From Octopus bimaculoides (Eukaryota): a stretch of DNA of 37,968 nt. Location of the stretch: assembly GCF_001194135.2 (NCBI RefSeq), contig NC_068990.1:31616556-31654523 (forward strand), in the 5' to 3' direction. How positions within the stretch are numbered: the first letter of the stretch is position 1; the number at the start of each line of letters is the position of its first letter. The position numbers were made by a program, and so were the translations under genes. Positions 10,852 through 23,250 of the stretch are shown piece after piece. The notes beneath the pieces were generated by a model. That model was not told the origin of the DNA, did not search any database, and worked only from the letters and a program-made list of their open reading frames with translations.

Positions 10852-11761
10852 TGTAGGGCAGGATTCGTGACAGACGAACTGTAGATTAGTGGAGAGATTT
10901 CACCGCCGCCTGAAGGAATCCCTGACAACCAGACTTAACGGGCCAAATTGGATTGACCAACTCCCATGGGTGATGCTGGAAATCCGCACCACCTCAAAAG
11001 AAACTCCGAACACTTCTTCCGTGGAAATGGTGTATGGTGCTCCTCTTACAGTGCTAGGAGATTTCCTTCCGAATACGAAGTCAGACCCGGATGTCAAAAG
11101 GTATCTCGCTCAACTGAGAGACAGCGTCGGCCAGTTACGCCTTGTTCCCATGTCGATACACGGTACACCTAGATCATCCGTACCAAATGACCTCTGCACG
11201 GCTAACTTTGTGCTCATTCGACATGACACACGACGAAAACCCCTACGATGGTCCATATCAAATCATACATCCGGTAGATAAAACATTCCAACTCCTAATT
11301 GGCGGACTACAAGACACAGTCTTCATCGATAGATTGAAAGCGACCCATCTCGATATTGACAGCCCAGGGGCCACCCTAGACAGATCACACCAACCCTTGA
11401 CAAGGAACAGTCACCAAAGAATCGAGTAACCACACGCATGGGAAGGACAATTAAAACGCCTTCCCGTTTCCAATGACGGTCAACAGTCCTGTGGGGGAGC
11501 TATGTAGGGCAGGATTCGTGACAGACGAACTGTAGACAGAAACTTAGTTGCTGGCTAGCTAGGAAGTTGGTCAGCAGCAAAAGGGACTTCCGGTAGGAGA
11601 AGAAAAACAAAAGAATGTCAATAGTGAATGTTAAACGAATTTGAATGAACTAAAAAGAAATGAATGGTGATTTAAGCCCTGATGTACGTAAAATAATAAA
11701 CCTTTGATAAATGTACTTGCGTCTCCACTAGTTTGTTTGCGTATAGCTTAACAAAGCTATA
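10852..11761 (+). mobile_element. Deleted Ty3/Gypsy LTR retrotransposon (34-bp 5' LTR stub, integrase C-half, PPT, 3' LTR)
   Basis: Exact 34-bp direct repeat TGTAGGGCAGGATTCGTGACAGACGAACTGTAGA at 10852-10885 and 11503-11536. PPT GGGGGAG at 11493-99, AATAAA near 11695. The LTR end CTATA at 11761 with TSD CGCG/CGGG is tentative. Confidence 0.85.
10886..11429 (+). pseudogene. Gypsy integrase C-terminal remnant
   Basis: LVERFHRRLKESL (catalytic E of DDE), WIDQLPWVMLEIRT, EMVYGAPL, then after a frameshift PYDGPYQI (GPY/F module) and TVFIDRLK. Confidence 0.9.
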
Positions 11762-12599
11762 CGGGATACCTTTATCTCTATTAAGTATAGGAGCAGATGT
11801 GTTACCTAAGATTAATTTTGAGGATCTGATCAAAGACTTTGCAATCGAAAAAAGTAGGATGAAACTTTTCAAATATAAATAAAGTGGAAGTATACAAAAA
11901 TAAACATTATTTTCCCCCTACTTGTTTTGTTTCGTTTTGAAAAATAAAAATTTAGTTCATGGTTTGTTATTGTTTATATTTTAAATTACATAATCTTTTA
12001 TGGGGGCACCAAAATCTTTTAAGTGCTTAGGGCCTCAATGGTTGCAGTTATTGATTGCTTCGATCTGATGTGTTCGCCCTTTCACACTATTCCCGTATTT
12101 CATATAAAAAAGAATGCTTTAAAAAATTATTTTACTAGAAGCAGGCTTTGAAACATTTGTATATCTACCCATTAAATTTAGAATGGACGAAGTAAGGTTT
12201 GCGTGCGCCTCGTTATTTTTATTTTGTAAAATTTTAGCTCACTTGTATTTCAACATGGTTTCCTGTTATAAGAAAGCAGGAAGAGGCATTTGTTACAGTG
12301 GGAACACAATAACAAATATGACCTTTTGATACAAACAGATAACAAAAATTTTTAAATAGATTTAGGAACCATTCTCCCTCCCCCCAAAAAACAATTAAAA
12401 AGTAAGGAGCCTAACAATACACAACATACATGAAGAAGAAAAAAATCAATACTTACTGAATTGGTTTTCAAAACCAGTTCAAAACTAATAACATTTACAC
12501 ATACAGACGTATTCTTTCAAATGAAAGTGTTGCAAATACATATAAAATCCATTTATTCGCAAGTGTACTATCCAATAAGAACACACTTGACATGAATCA

Positions 12600-15500
12600 T
12601 TTCCTGAGAGTTCGGACGCTTGGAAACATTCATACGAATGCCTTTTTCCAGTCGCACGTGAGAAGAAGCGTAACATACCTGTGCTCTATCAAGATCATTG
12701 GGAAGGGGATGGAATCTCTGATTCAGGTGAAACCTTAAACATTGTACAGGATCTCCGATTTAATAGGAATCACAGGAAGGCGGTAACAGCAGATGGCCGT
12801 GAAGTGTAGAAGGTGTAGATTTCACAATTGTGGAAATACCGACACCTCAAGGCTCTTTGTCCTCAATAACAATAGAATGTAACATTTGAAAGATGGCCTC
12901 CACTGCTCCCAACACCAAAGCATTAAAAGCGGCAAAGACAGTAGCAACTACAACACCAGACCCAACTGCGGGAATTGAAACAATACACACAGCAAGAATG
13001 GAAGCAACAGCAACAAAAGCATCGCCCTCAGGAATTACCATATCACCGATAGAAGTGACAAAAACAGCAACGTAAAGTCACAAAACAAAACAAAAACAGA
13101 ACTATAGACCAAAGACACGACCCCACCCCAAAACATGTCTTTCCCTTCCCTCGGACCACTCAGATATGTCGTGTGGTGAAAGTGACGAGGAATATATGAA
13201 ATGGCATAAAGTAACCCCCACCCCCCAAAAAAAGAAAGAAAAAAATATACCAACAAAAAGCTGGAAGATTCGGAAGAACTGGGAGATGCATTTAGCAACA
13301 ATACACCACCAACAGCAGCACCAGTACTATCAACATCACCGTCAACACCTGCATCACCACCAACAACATCACAAACACAGGCATAAACTAATTCCTACCC
13401 ACACCACAGCAGCCAGAACAGCACTCACAGCGAAAAGATAGAAAAGGAATTCCCTGAAAACTCAGCCATAGACAAAAGGAAGAAAAAATTTTACAAAATA
13501 AAAATACATCAACATAAAAACAACACACACACACAAAATACATCACAACAGATAACATACCGACACATAAAAAACACCAAAACAAAACACATACAAACAA
13601 CCTTTTTAAAAAGCAAATATCCCTACAGAATAGATTTGCGAAGGAATATTAATAAAAGATTATGCAAAGACTTTATCGTGGGAAAGCCCCCTATTAGCTG
13701 GGAAGGACAAAACATTTGTCCTTTTACCGGAATAATGTAAGTGGTCCTTCGCACTTTCCTTCTTTTACCCAGCATAGCCTTTCTCAGAATAAGCAGCGTG
13801 AATGCACTGGAGTCGTTTTGCAAGCAGAATAACCTGATCAGCAAACATAGATCACTAAATATAAATGAAGTGGCTATCAGCAACACCAAAATTTGCGGTG
13901 GTTACAATGTTTAGCTATCAGCAAGTCATCCGGAATCGGGAGGCAGAATTGCTGAACTGTTTCGTAAAAGTCTAGATCTCACGATGCGGACCATCTTCTT
14001 GGAGTTAGAAGCTAAGTTGGTGGTGCTTAACGTGACCATCAGCGAAGACTATACCTTCAGGCTAGTAGGCATCTACACCCCAAAAGGGACGGGGCGGTCA
14101 GATTTCTTCCGGTGTCTAGAAGTCTTTCTAAGACATCCCGCTCTTTAGTGCTTGTGGTTGATTGGAACGCCACCCTGGATGAACGCTTAGACTATGTGCA
14201 GCTAGTTGATATGAGAGGGCGTGCAAAAGACTCGCAAACCTACTAAGTTGTTTCCAGCGGTTTGACAGGTACTGACTGGATTCCCTGAATGTACCAAAGT
14301 GGATTTGGACAAACTGCATCGAGTCATCCAGATCATATCAATATAGAGCATTTTGTAGGCTAACAGAGGGACAGCGTAGGTTGTCCACAATTCAAAGATT
14401 CGGTTACACAGACCACAAATTTGTCATTTGTACAGTCGGCCTAGATAGGGTTTGTAGGCATGGACTCCGTTACTGGGAGCTGAAAGCGTCGTTTCCAAGC
14501 TTACAAAAACCGGATTAGTGAATTAGTTAAGGAAGCATTGACGGAAGCAATCGCCAACAATAATGAAAAGAACGACTAGAGTATAATCCAATAAGGTTTT
14601 TAAGGAAGTAGCAATAAAGCATACTAGACTAGAGGAGAATCTAATTAGAAACTATAAGAGGTACTTAGAAAAAGCATAGCGACGGATTTGCTTGGGAAAA
14701 GACCACTTCAACACAGAGTACGAAAGCTGCTTTGTCAGAGCTAAGGCGCGTGCTCCAAAATACAAAGGAAGAAAACTGAGTGATGAAGGCGCAAAGTGGA
14801 AAACAAAAACTCGATTCAATCTTTAGCGGATAATGCTGAGCGTGTGCTACTTGATTCTGAGTAGATGTATGCAGCTTTTCAGCAACTTCGCTCAATTATT
14901 CAGGACGAGTAGCGGGCCAGATTGCAGGGTGCATTTCAGGGCCTTTCTCGATGGTCAGCTGCGACTCTTCGCAGCAGAGTGAAGTGTTGCAAAAAGTTAA
15001 TAGTCATGGATATATGGGAAGCTATGGCTAGCTAGCCATACGAAGGGCAAATTGCTTGGTTCAGATGGTCTGTCTGACGAGCTTTATGGTCATATCATAA
15101 ACTTATTCGGCGACCTATTGACAGATGTTTACTGTAACTGACAGCGGAACGGGAGAATTCCAAGTTCTGTGAGTCGTGGAGCGGTAGCGCTATTGAGAAA
15201 AGACCCAAACAAGGGGGATTACATTTATAATTTTCGGCCTGTAACTCTATTAAACGCAGATTTCAAAATTTTGACCAAGGTGTTAAAAAAGAGATTGGTG
15301 CTTGTCGTCGACGGTTTAATTGGTGATGCGCAAACATGTGATCCTGAAGAGATATATTCACGACAACCTCTACTTCATGTGATACATTATTGAGAGAATG
15401 TGTGGGGAACATGGCATGGATGGTGTCCTGATTAGTTTAGATCAATCTTCGATAGGTTCGACCACTTATACATGGCAGCTGTTCTCATGGTATCCGGTTT

Positions 15501-16670
15501 CGGTCCCATCTTCCTCTGTTGGATTGCGGCAATGTACAGCGTCATCTGCTCGCTGATTAGGGAGAATCCTACCAACCGAAACCATTTAGTATCTTGCGCT
15601 GAGTTCGTCAAGGTTTCCCCCTCTCGTGTCCTCGTATGTGCTGACTCTTGAGTCACTACTGCGGAAACTAGAGACGTTGAGGGGATCTCGTGCAAGCTAC
15701 AATGTAGAGGAACCGTGTCGGCGTACGCGGGGTGATACCATAAGAGTGCCGGATACTAAGCACGTGGAAGTGATTGGCACAATTCTAAGGGACTACAAAG
15801 CAGTGAGAGAGCAAAAATCAATCAAGAAAAGCATGCGCCATGGCGGCTGGTGAGCAGGTCCATACCAACCAACAGCGTTGTGGGCTGCTGGATTGATGTC
15901 CGGTTAAATTGCTCGGGATCTGGTTTGGTCCAGCTCCTCAAGTGGGAAAAAACTGGGATGAGGTCAGGAGCAAAGTGGCCAGTCTCACCCAAATATGGGC
16001 CAAAAAAGAAGCTATCTATGAAGATGGCAAACAACTACGTAGCCTTCTTCCCCTACTAAACCGCCTGACCGCCTCGCCTTGCCCCGGTTTACGCCTGATC
16101 AGAGTCTAGAGTCTGTTCTTTCGCTTTTTTGTGGAATGGACGCGTTCCACTGACCAAACAGTCCATTTGCTGTCAACATGCGCTACGTAGAAAACTGAGC
16201 AAGCCATGTCTAAGAATGTAGGGATATACGCTGAAGTTACGAAATTTTTGGCGCGTTTCCTTGACGATAAACGGGTGTGGTCAGATTCATTTTCCCCAGC
16301 TTGTCTCTTTAGCAGAGCTGCAGACCTGAGTCGAGCGAAGACGAAGACAAAATACTTGGCATCTGAAAAGTCGTTACGCGCTCAAAACCCTCTACTAGTT
16401 GGGTATTGTGGTCAACAGAAATTTCACATTGGCGTTCTATAGAGTACTAGTAGAAGGCAAATGTGACGGCATTCAGGAAAATCCTGGACGTCGACGAAAA
16501 TCAACTGACTAATCTGTTCTGGAAGACTTTTAGTCCGAAGTCAATAAATATTTCTCTGATATTCCTGGCCTAAACGTACTATCGCAGTGGGGAATTGTTG
16601 GTTCGATATTAACTCTACAGATACAAAAGTACATTTAACCGAACCTGTCCGAGATGTGCGCAGTGCACCT
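12600..16670 (+). mobile_element. Decayed near-full-length Tx1/L1-clade non-LTR retrotransposon
   Basis: ORF1 remnant has a broken zinc knuckle (F)HNCGNT-HLKALC at 12820-12863. ORF2 from ~13787: APE motifs FRLVGIYTP, LVLVVDWNA, GYTDHK, YWELKAS; RT motifs NFRPVTLLNADFKILTKVL, SVRQG, VSAYA-(frameshift)-GD, LLGIWFGP; C-terminal TCPRCA. Boundaries are approximate. Confidence 0.85.
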
Positions 16671-16759
16671 TTTTCTTTGGCAAACCCTTCATCAACTTTT
16701 TCACAACTCATGTACTAACATCGTTCACTCTTATCCTAAAAAAAAATGAGAGTAACGCA

Positions 16760-17470
16760 ATAAATGCGCATAATATAAAACGATATATCCATGCACTAAG
16801 TTAACAAAATATGGAAAGAAATAAACACTGGTAATTCTAATCTTGAAAATTTCAAAAATAATCAAATATACCTGGATCCAAACTCTTTATAAACTTGCTA
16901 TGTATATAGCTATAGAAAATGTAATAAAATATTTAAAACAAATTGTGAACAAGAAGATAATGTAACTGACTGAAGATAATGTAGCTAATTGAAGATAGTA
17001 TAACGAATCTTTATTAACGTTGAATAGTAACCAGGAAAAACCATACCCTTATGAACGGGAGTCTATTTTTGCAAAATAATTTCATAAATTGTAACTGTAG
17101 AACGACTTCCAGTTGTTCCCTTCGAAGTAGTTATTTATTATGCAACTTTATCTATAGGTGTAGTGTCATTACGTCAATAGATACCTGTTATTATATCGGA
17201 TCTTCATTGAATTCCTTTAAATGCCGTTATAAGTTACACATAGCTTTAGGAATATAAAAGATTACTCAATTCAACTAGGCTAGCTTATCGAATATTTAAC
17301 CTAAGCTCTTCAAATACTAAGTATGAGCTACACTGGGACATCATACCGACAGCTTCTTTTTACATTGGAAACAGGAAAGATCATGCTACTGAAGCGCTGC
17401 ATATTTTATTCGGTAACAAAAGATTACTAAGCCTAAAAGAAACGAATGTTATTCTTTTACAAACATAAAA
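16760..17470 (+). mobile_element. Penelope-like element 3' remnant (GIY-YIG endonuclease)
   Basis: NCNCRTTSSCSLRSSYLLCNFIYRCSV...TCYYIGSSLNSFKCRYKLH, then KYELHWDII and EALHIL. This is the CxC / IY..YIG layout of PLE endonucleases, heavily decayed. Confidence 0.7.
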
Positions 17471-17721
17471 ATAATTTAAGTCATTTAAATTTTATTTAAA
17501 AAATCTTCTATCCAGATAAAGTAGAAAATAAAAGCTGGCTATGTTCTTTCAGCAGACTCAAATCTTATAACCATTGGCAGCAGGATAATATTCTACGATA
17601 TCGATATAGACAATTTTTGATATAATTGTTGAATATTATTACTTTAAACTCAGTCTATAAAAAAATTATATGATATACACCTTTTAATCTTTATTATTAT
17701 CATTATTTCATATGGGCTTTA

Positions 17722-17941
17722 GGGTGGCAAGCGGGCAGAAATGTTAACACGACGGACAAAACGCTTAGAGGTAGTTCGCTCGTCATCACGTTCCGAATTC
17801 AAATTCCACCGAGGTTGATTTTGTTTTTCGGGGTCGATGAAATAAGTACCAGTTTAGCACTGGGGTCGATCTAATCATCTAACCCCATCCTCCAAACTTT
17901 CAGGCCTTGTACCTACAGCAGAAAGAATCATTATTATTATT
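17722..17941 (+). mobile_element. SINE family 3 with (ATT)n tail
   Basis: GAATTCAAATTCC B-box-like motif, CGGGGTCGATGAAATAAGTACCAG, GGCCTTGTACC, ATT tail. Confidence 0.8.
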
Positions 17942-18048
17942 ACATAACATTTGTCTTACAAACTAGACCTTTAAATAAATAATGCACTTCACTACTTTAA
18001 TCAATGACCCAATCTTTTACTTTTCTTTATCCTAAATATTGCAGCTGG

Positions 18049-18050
<2 letters not shown>

Positions 18051-18112
<62 letters not shown>
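18051..18112. repeat. (TG)n microsatellite
   Basis: Pure TG run of about 60 bp. Confidence 0.95.
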
Positions 18113-18114
<2 letters not shown>

Positions 18115-18250
18115 ATATGAATATATCAAGTTGTGTTGAATGCATGTATGACTGTCGTGTCTGTAGAGATGGATATGAACTGTGTGTATATGCGTGTAGT
18201 TGCGTATTTGAACTTACACGGCCATTTTTGTTATATGTATCTGTTTAGAC

Positions 18251-18599
18251 TAATGGTTCTCAACCGGGGTTCATATGGCTCCTGGGGGTCCATATAAGAT
18301 TCACGCAGCAAAATAGTAAATTTGGGATCGGCAATAGTATTTTAAGGGCTTTTGAAAAATTTTTGCTTTAAATGTATGTATTGGTATGTATTGCAAGAAA
18401 CAGGTTCCTTTCTCTCACGTTTTACACATAGTTCAACCTACACAAGTTAATGTGGGAATAAGAACATAAGAATTTCGAAAGAAGTTTCTAGAAAATTACT
18501 TTTTAAACATTAAATGGCTATGGGGGGGGGGGAGGTCCACCAGAATAAAATAGTAATCAAAGGGGTCCATAAGTAAAAAAAAATGGTTGAGAACCTCTG
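18251..18599. mobile_element. hAT-type MITE (copy 2, intact)
   Basis: TIRs TAATGGTTCTCAACC / GGTTGAGAACCTCTG; 8-bp TSD GTTTAGAC (18243-50) / GTTTAAAC (18600-07), 7 of 8 matching. Confidence 0.88.
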
Positions 18600-18796
18600 G
18601 TTTAAACGTATGTATACTGTATGCATGCGTAAATAAATATGTTATAAATACATATAGAGTTGCGCGTGCGTGATTGCGTGCGTGTGTGTGTGTGTGAGTG
18701 AGTGTTAGTGTATATGTGTACTGCCACCTTTTACTAATTAATACGCTGTCTATTTTTACTGCGATTGCCTTCGAAATTATTTAGCCTGGTTATCAT

Positions 18797-19026
18797 TTGT
18801 CCTTTGCTTGTTTTAGTCATTGAACTGCGGCAATGCTGGGACACCACGTTGAAGGGTTTCAGTCGAAGAAATTGGCCTCAGTATGTATGCTCTTCTTCTT
18901 CTTCTTCTTCTTCTTCTTCTTCTTTTAAGTCTGGTACTTATTCAATCGGGCCTTTTTTTGCTGAACCGCTAGGTTACAGAGACGTAAACAAACCAACACC
19001 AGTTAAGTTGTATGGAAGGACACACA

Positions 19027-19072
<46 letters not shown>

Positions 19073-19221
19073 ACTGGCTTCCACACAGTTGTCTTCCAAA
19101 TTCACTCACGTGGGACATTGGCCGACTCGGGACTATACTAGAAGACGCTCAATGTGTCGCGCAGTGGGACTGAACCTGAAACCAGGTGGCTGCAAAGCAA
19201 AGTTCTAAACCGCACAACCAT
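18797..19221 (-). mobile_element. Composite SINE family 2, copy C, with extra (CTT)n expansion at ~18895-18925
   Basis: Same module order as copies A and B, more diverged. Confidence 0.8.
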
Positions 19222-20484
19222 ATTTCTTTGAACTATGACTGCTTAGATAGACACTTGACCTTCTTTTCCTCTTAGACATTGTCATTACATTATTCCTCTT
19301 TTTCTTTGTATTTCACTGATAACATAAAAGTACTAGCCCGCCACCACCACTACCACCGCTGCTGCTTTTTCTCAATTGCTATAAAACGTATTCTCTCTTG
19401 ACCTTATACTCATTTGTGTCTGTGCTCTGTCAAACAACTTATTTTGGTAAATAGTGCGGAGCTGATTTATATTTCCTCTGAAGACCTGGCATTTCAACCC
19501 TATTACGCAATCGTTTACGTGACGATTATCGCATAACGCACGAGTATTCGCTAGAGAAACACATGTAAGATTACATGATTCATTATGTTATAATAAAGAC
19601 ACTTTAAACTTCCCAATTTTATTGACCTCCCGGATATACACTCTGAAAATTATTCAACCGCATATAATATCAAATGAAAATCGGTGGACAGATAATATTT
19701 AATACTCAATTGAAATTTGGATATTCAATATACTTGTGTGTGCGTCTGTGTCTGTGTATGTGTGTATACACAGTTTTTTGTTCTATGTGTGCCATAAATA
19801 TCGCCATCCGTTTTAGAGAAAAATTTGTAGTTTAGAATCAGTAGTTCTTTGACTGCTGTTTCTGAATTTTCAGTATGTTGGAGAAGCAACTCAATTGCTA
19901 ATCCCTTATATTTATGATGATAAATGGTCTTACCGATTAAGGTTTATTTCATACTGAACTACTTGGCAAAATTGTTAATTGTTAATTCTATTATTAATTG
20001 ACGATTCCCTGCCCTCATTTCTTGTATATATATATATATATATAAATACAAATAATAAATGAGTATATGCATATATACGTACATGTATGTACATACCTAC
20101 ATCTACCTGTATATATAGATGCATATCTGGGTACAGGACATTGCAAACAAAACGCAGACAAAATGATAAACAAGTACAGAAAACACACAGGCCACATAGA
20201 GAACATTTCCTTCATCAGCTGCCACCATTCAACACTGGCGTTTCGACACAAACACACACACACACATATGGAAGCACACATGCATGCATATAATATATAC
20301 ATGTATATATTTATGAGCGTGTGTGCACGCGCGTGTACACATACGCTTGTGTAATTTCAGTTACTACTACTACTATATAAATACGGCTGTAACTGCTTCC
20401 AGTATTGGGAGCAATTTCTAAACAATAAGTCAAAAGTTGTCATCCACCAAACTCTTTTTACTTTCGATGTTGCCGTATGCACAA

Positions 20485-20508
20485 GTTGCTGCTGCTGCTG
20501 CTGCTGCT
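20485..20508. repeat. (CTG)n trinucleotide tract
   Basis: TGCTGCTGCTGCTGCTGCTG; no surrounding ORF support. Confidence 0.85.
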
Positions 20509-21039
20509 GTTTTTGGCCCCTTCTTTATTTTCAAGACAAGATTACTTAGACATTTTTTGCATTCTTTATCTTATTTTACTTCCATATTCTTTTTACTTTA
20601 TATATATATTTGATATTTAATCATTGGGATGTTAAAAAGAAAACCGTAAAAAAGAATGAAAGTTACTGTAGTTAAAATACAATAGCAGTGAAAGAAAAGA
20701 AAAAAGGGAAATCCCTAATCCCCTTTTGCCTGCACTTCTGACAAAGTATTTCTCAGACTAAAATCGTGTGAACACTCCATGCTCCCTCAGCTTATGTAAA
20801 CAAGATGTCTCTATTTACTTTCATTGATTTTTACTATGTAGGTGTCCTTCCCTTTTCCCATTCCTCTCTTCTAATATTTTTGCTTGCGTTTTAGCGCGCG
20901 GGCGCGCGCACGTTCACTATTTACCGCCCCTATTCATATATGTGCATGTATGCGTGTGTATGTGTGGGTGGATGTGTATATCTATCTATCACTCTATCTA
21001 TGCGTTTATTTAGTTATGTACTATCTATCTATTTACCTA

Positions 21040-21041
21040 TC

Positions 21042-21104
<63 letters not shown>

Positions 21105-21114
21105 NNNNNNNNNN

Positions 21115-21174
<60 letters not shown>

Positions 21175-21270
21175 CCTCTCTCGCTCTGTCTATATATATA
21201 CAGATATATATATACACACAAATGCGCGCGCACACACACACACACACACACACGCACATACACGCACACA
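21040..21270. repeat. Compound microsatellite (TATC)/(TA)/gap/(TC)/(CA)
   Basis: Directly visible; 10-N gap at 21105-21114. Confidence 0.95.
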
Positions 21271-21836
21271 TAATCTGTTTCCCTCCCTTCTATGTTGTTT
21301 TAATTCTTCACCAGTTATTGCATTTTTTATTTAATTTCTTTTGCTTTACTCTTTTGTTCTTCCATTCGATTTAAACATTTCAAGTCTATGTATATATATA
21401 TATTTTTTTCTATTTATCAGCTATTTATCTACTTCTTTTTTTATCTTACATATATTTGTTTAGTTTTCTTTTTTTTTTTACATCTCGTCTGCACATTACA
21501 CACGGGTGTGTGTGCGTGCGTGCATGCTTGCGTGTTTGCGTGTGTGTGAACTTGCTCATCGTTTTATGTACGTCGTTATACATATAAACGTGTATATGTG
21601 AGCGTGGTAGTGTCTATACGTGTAAAATTTCGTAGCTCTGTTTATTGCATTATGTGATCCTCGTTCATGCTTTTGTGTTCCCTGCATGCAAACGCAGGCG
21701 GGTGCTTTCTTTTAAGATGTGGGTATATATTTCAATACGGATAAATATTAACGCTCGTGCAAGCGTGTTTTCTTTTTGTGTATGGGTGTATGACTGCGAG
21801 CGTGTATGTGTGCGTGCGTGGCTGTGTGCATGACTC

Positions 21837-21867
<31 letters not shown>

Positions 21868-22109
21868 GTGTGTGTGTGCAAGAACACAATTCTCTGTGGT
21901 TCAATTCAGAGAGCTTTATTCCTAAATAAAAACATTAACTTTATCCCCCGATCCAAATGATACGTGCGTCTTTGCGTGGACATTTGCTCCTGCCTGTGGT
22001 CGCGGATATATAAAACATACATCTTAAGTATGAATACATACAAACATACATGCATACATATATGCATACACACACACACATATATACGCACGCATACATA
22101 CGTATATAC

Positions 22110-22147
<38 letters not shown>

Positions 22148-22371
22148 CACGTATATACATTATATATACGCACACTAACACATACATACGTACATACATA
22201 CATACATGCATACATACGTACATACGTACATACATACATACATACACACATGTATGTATGTATGTATATGGGCCGTAGAGTGGATATATAATATTGCGAC
22301 GAAAACAAATATAATCAGAGAACCATATGAATGTTTTGTGTTTTTACGCATTAATAAAACAGGGCGTTAAT

Positions 22372-22590
22372 GCAGCAAGCTGGCAGAATCGTTAGCACGC
22401 CGGACAAAATGCTTAGCGGCATTTCGTTCGTCTTTACGTTCTGAGTTCAAATTCCGTCGAGGTCAACTTTGCCTTTCCTCCTTTCGGGGATCGATGAAAT
22501 AAGTACCAGTTGGGCACTTGGGTCGTTGTAATCAACTTTTCTCCGCTCCCGTAATTGCTGGCCTTGTTTTAAAATTTGAAACCAATAATA
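22372..22590 (+). mobile_element. SINE family 3, near full length
   Basis: GCTGGCAGAATCGTTAGCACGCCGG...GAGTTCAAATTCC...CTTTCGGGGATCGATGAAATAAGTACCAG...GGCCTTGT. Confidence 0.88.
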
Positions 22591-23159
22591 CACGCACTCT
22601 TATATATATATATATTCTTATCTTCATTTCTTTTCGATACTTTTACAGAGAGAAAGAAAGAGAGGGGGGGAAGAGAGAGAAGTGTGTGTAAAATNNNNNN
22701 NNNNNNNNNNNNNNNNNNNNNNNNNNNNNNNNNNNNNNNNNNNNNNNNNNNNNNNNNNNNNNNNNNNNNNNNNNNNNNNNNNNNNNNNNNNNNNNNNNNN
22801 NNNNNNNNNNNNNNNNNNNNNNNNNNNNNNNNNNNNNNNNNNNNNNNNNNNNNNNNNNNNNNNNNNNNNNNNNNNNNNNNNNNNNNNNNNNNNNNNNNNN
22901 NNNNNNNNNNNNNNNNNNNNNNNNNNNNNNNNNNNNNNNNNNNNNNNNNNNNNNNNNNNNNNNNNNNNNNNNNNNNNNNNNNNNNNNNNNNNNNNNNNNN
23001 NNNNNNNNNNNNNNNNNNNNNNNNNNNNNNNNNNNNNNNNNNNNNNNNNNNNNNNNNNNNNNNNNNNNNNNNNNNNNNNNNNNNNNNNNNNNNNNNNNNN
23101 NNNNNNNNNNNNNNNNNNNNGAGAAAATATCATTGCTGTTGTTGTTGACGTTGTTTTTG

Positions 23160-23180
23160 TTATTGTTGTTGTTATTATTA

Positions 23181-23248
<68 letters not shown>
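23160..23248. repeat. (GTT)/(ATT)n microsatellite
   Basis: Long ATT run after gap 22695-23120. Confidence 0.95.

Positions 23249-23250
<2 letters not shown>

Noticed and set aside
12847-13441. Thr/Ala-rich and His/Gln-rich ORFs as host genes
   Set aside because: They lie between the LINE zinc knuckle and ORF2 and are better explained as the ORF1 low-complexity tail.
20190-20255. Minus-strand GAAAC...CTGATGAAGGAAA as a type II hammerhead
   Set aside because: No G-C closing pair for stem II and no UH cleavage triplet after the putative stem III.
21645-22308. Many ORFs rich in Y/I/V/C/H/T
   Set aside because: Translations of TA/CA/TACA microsatellites.
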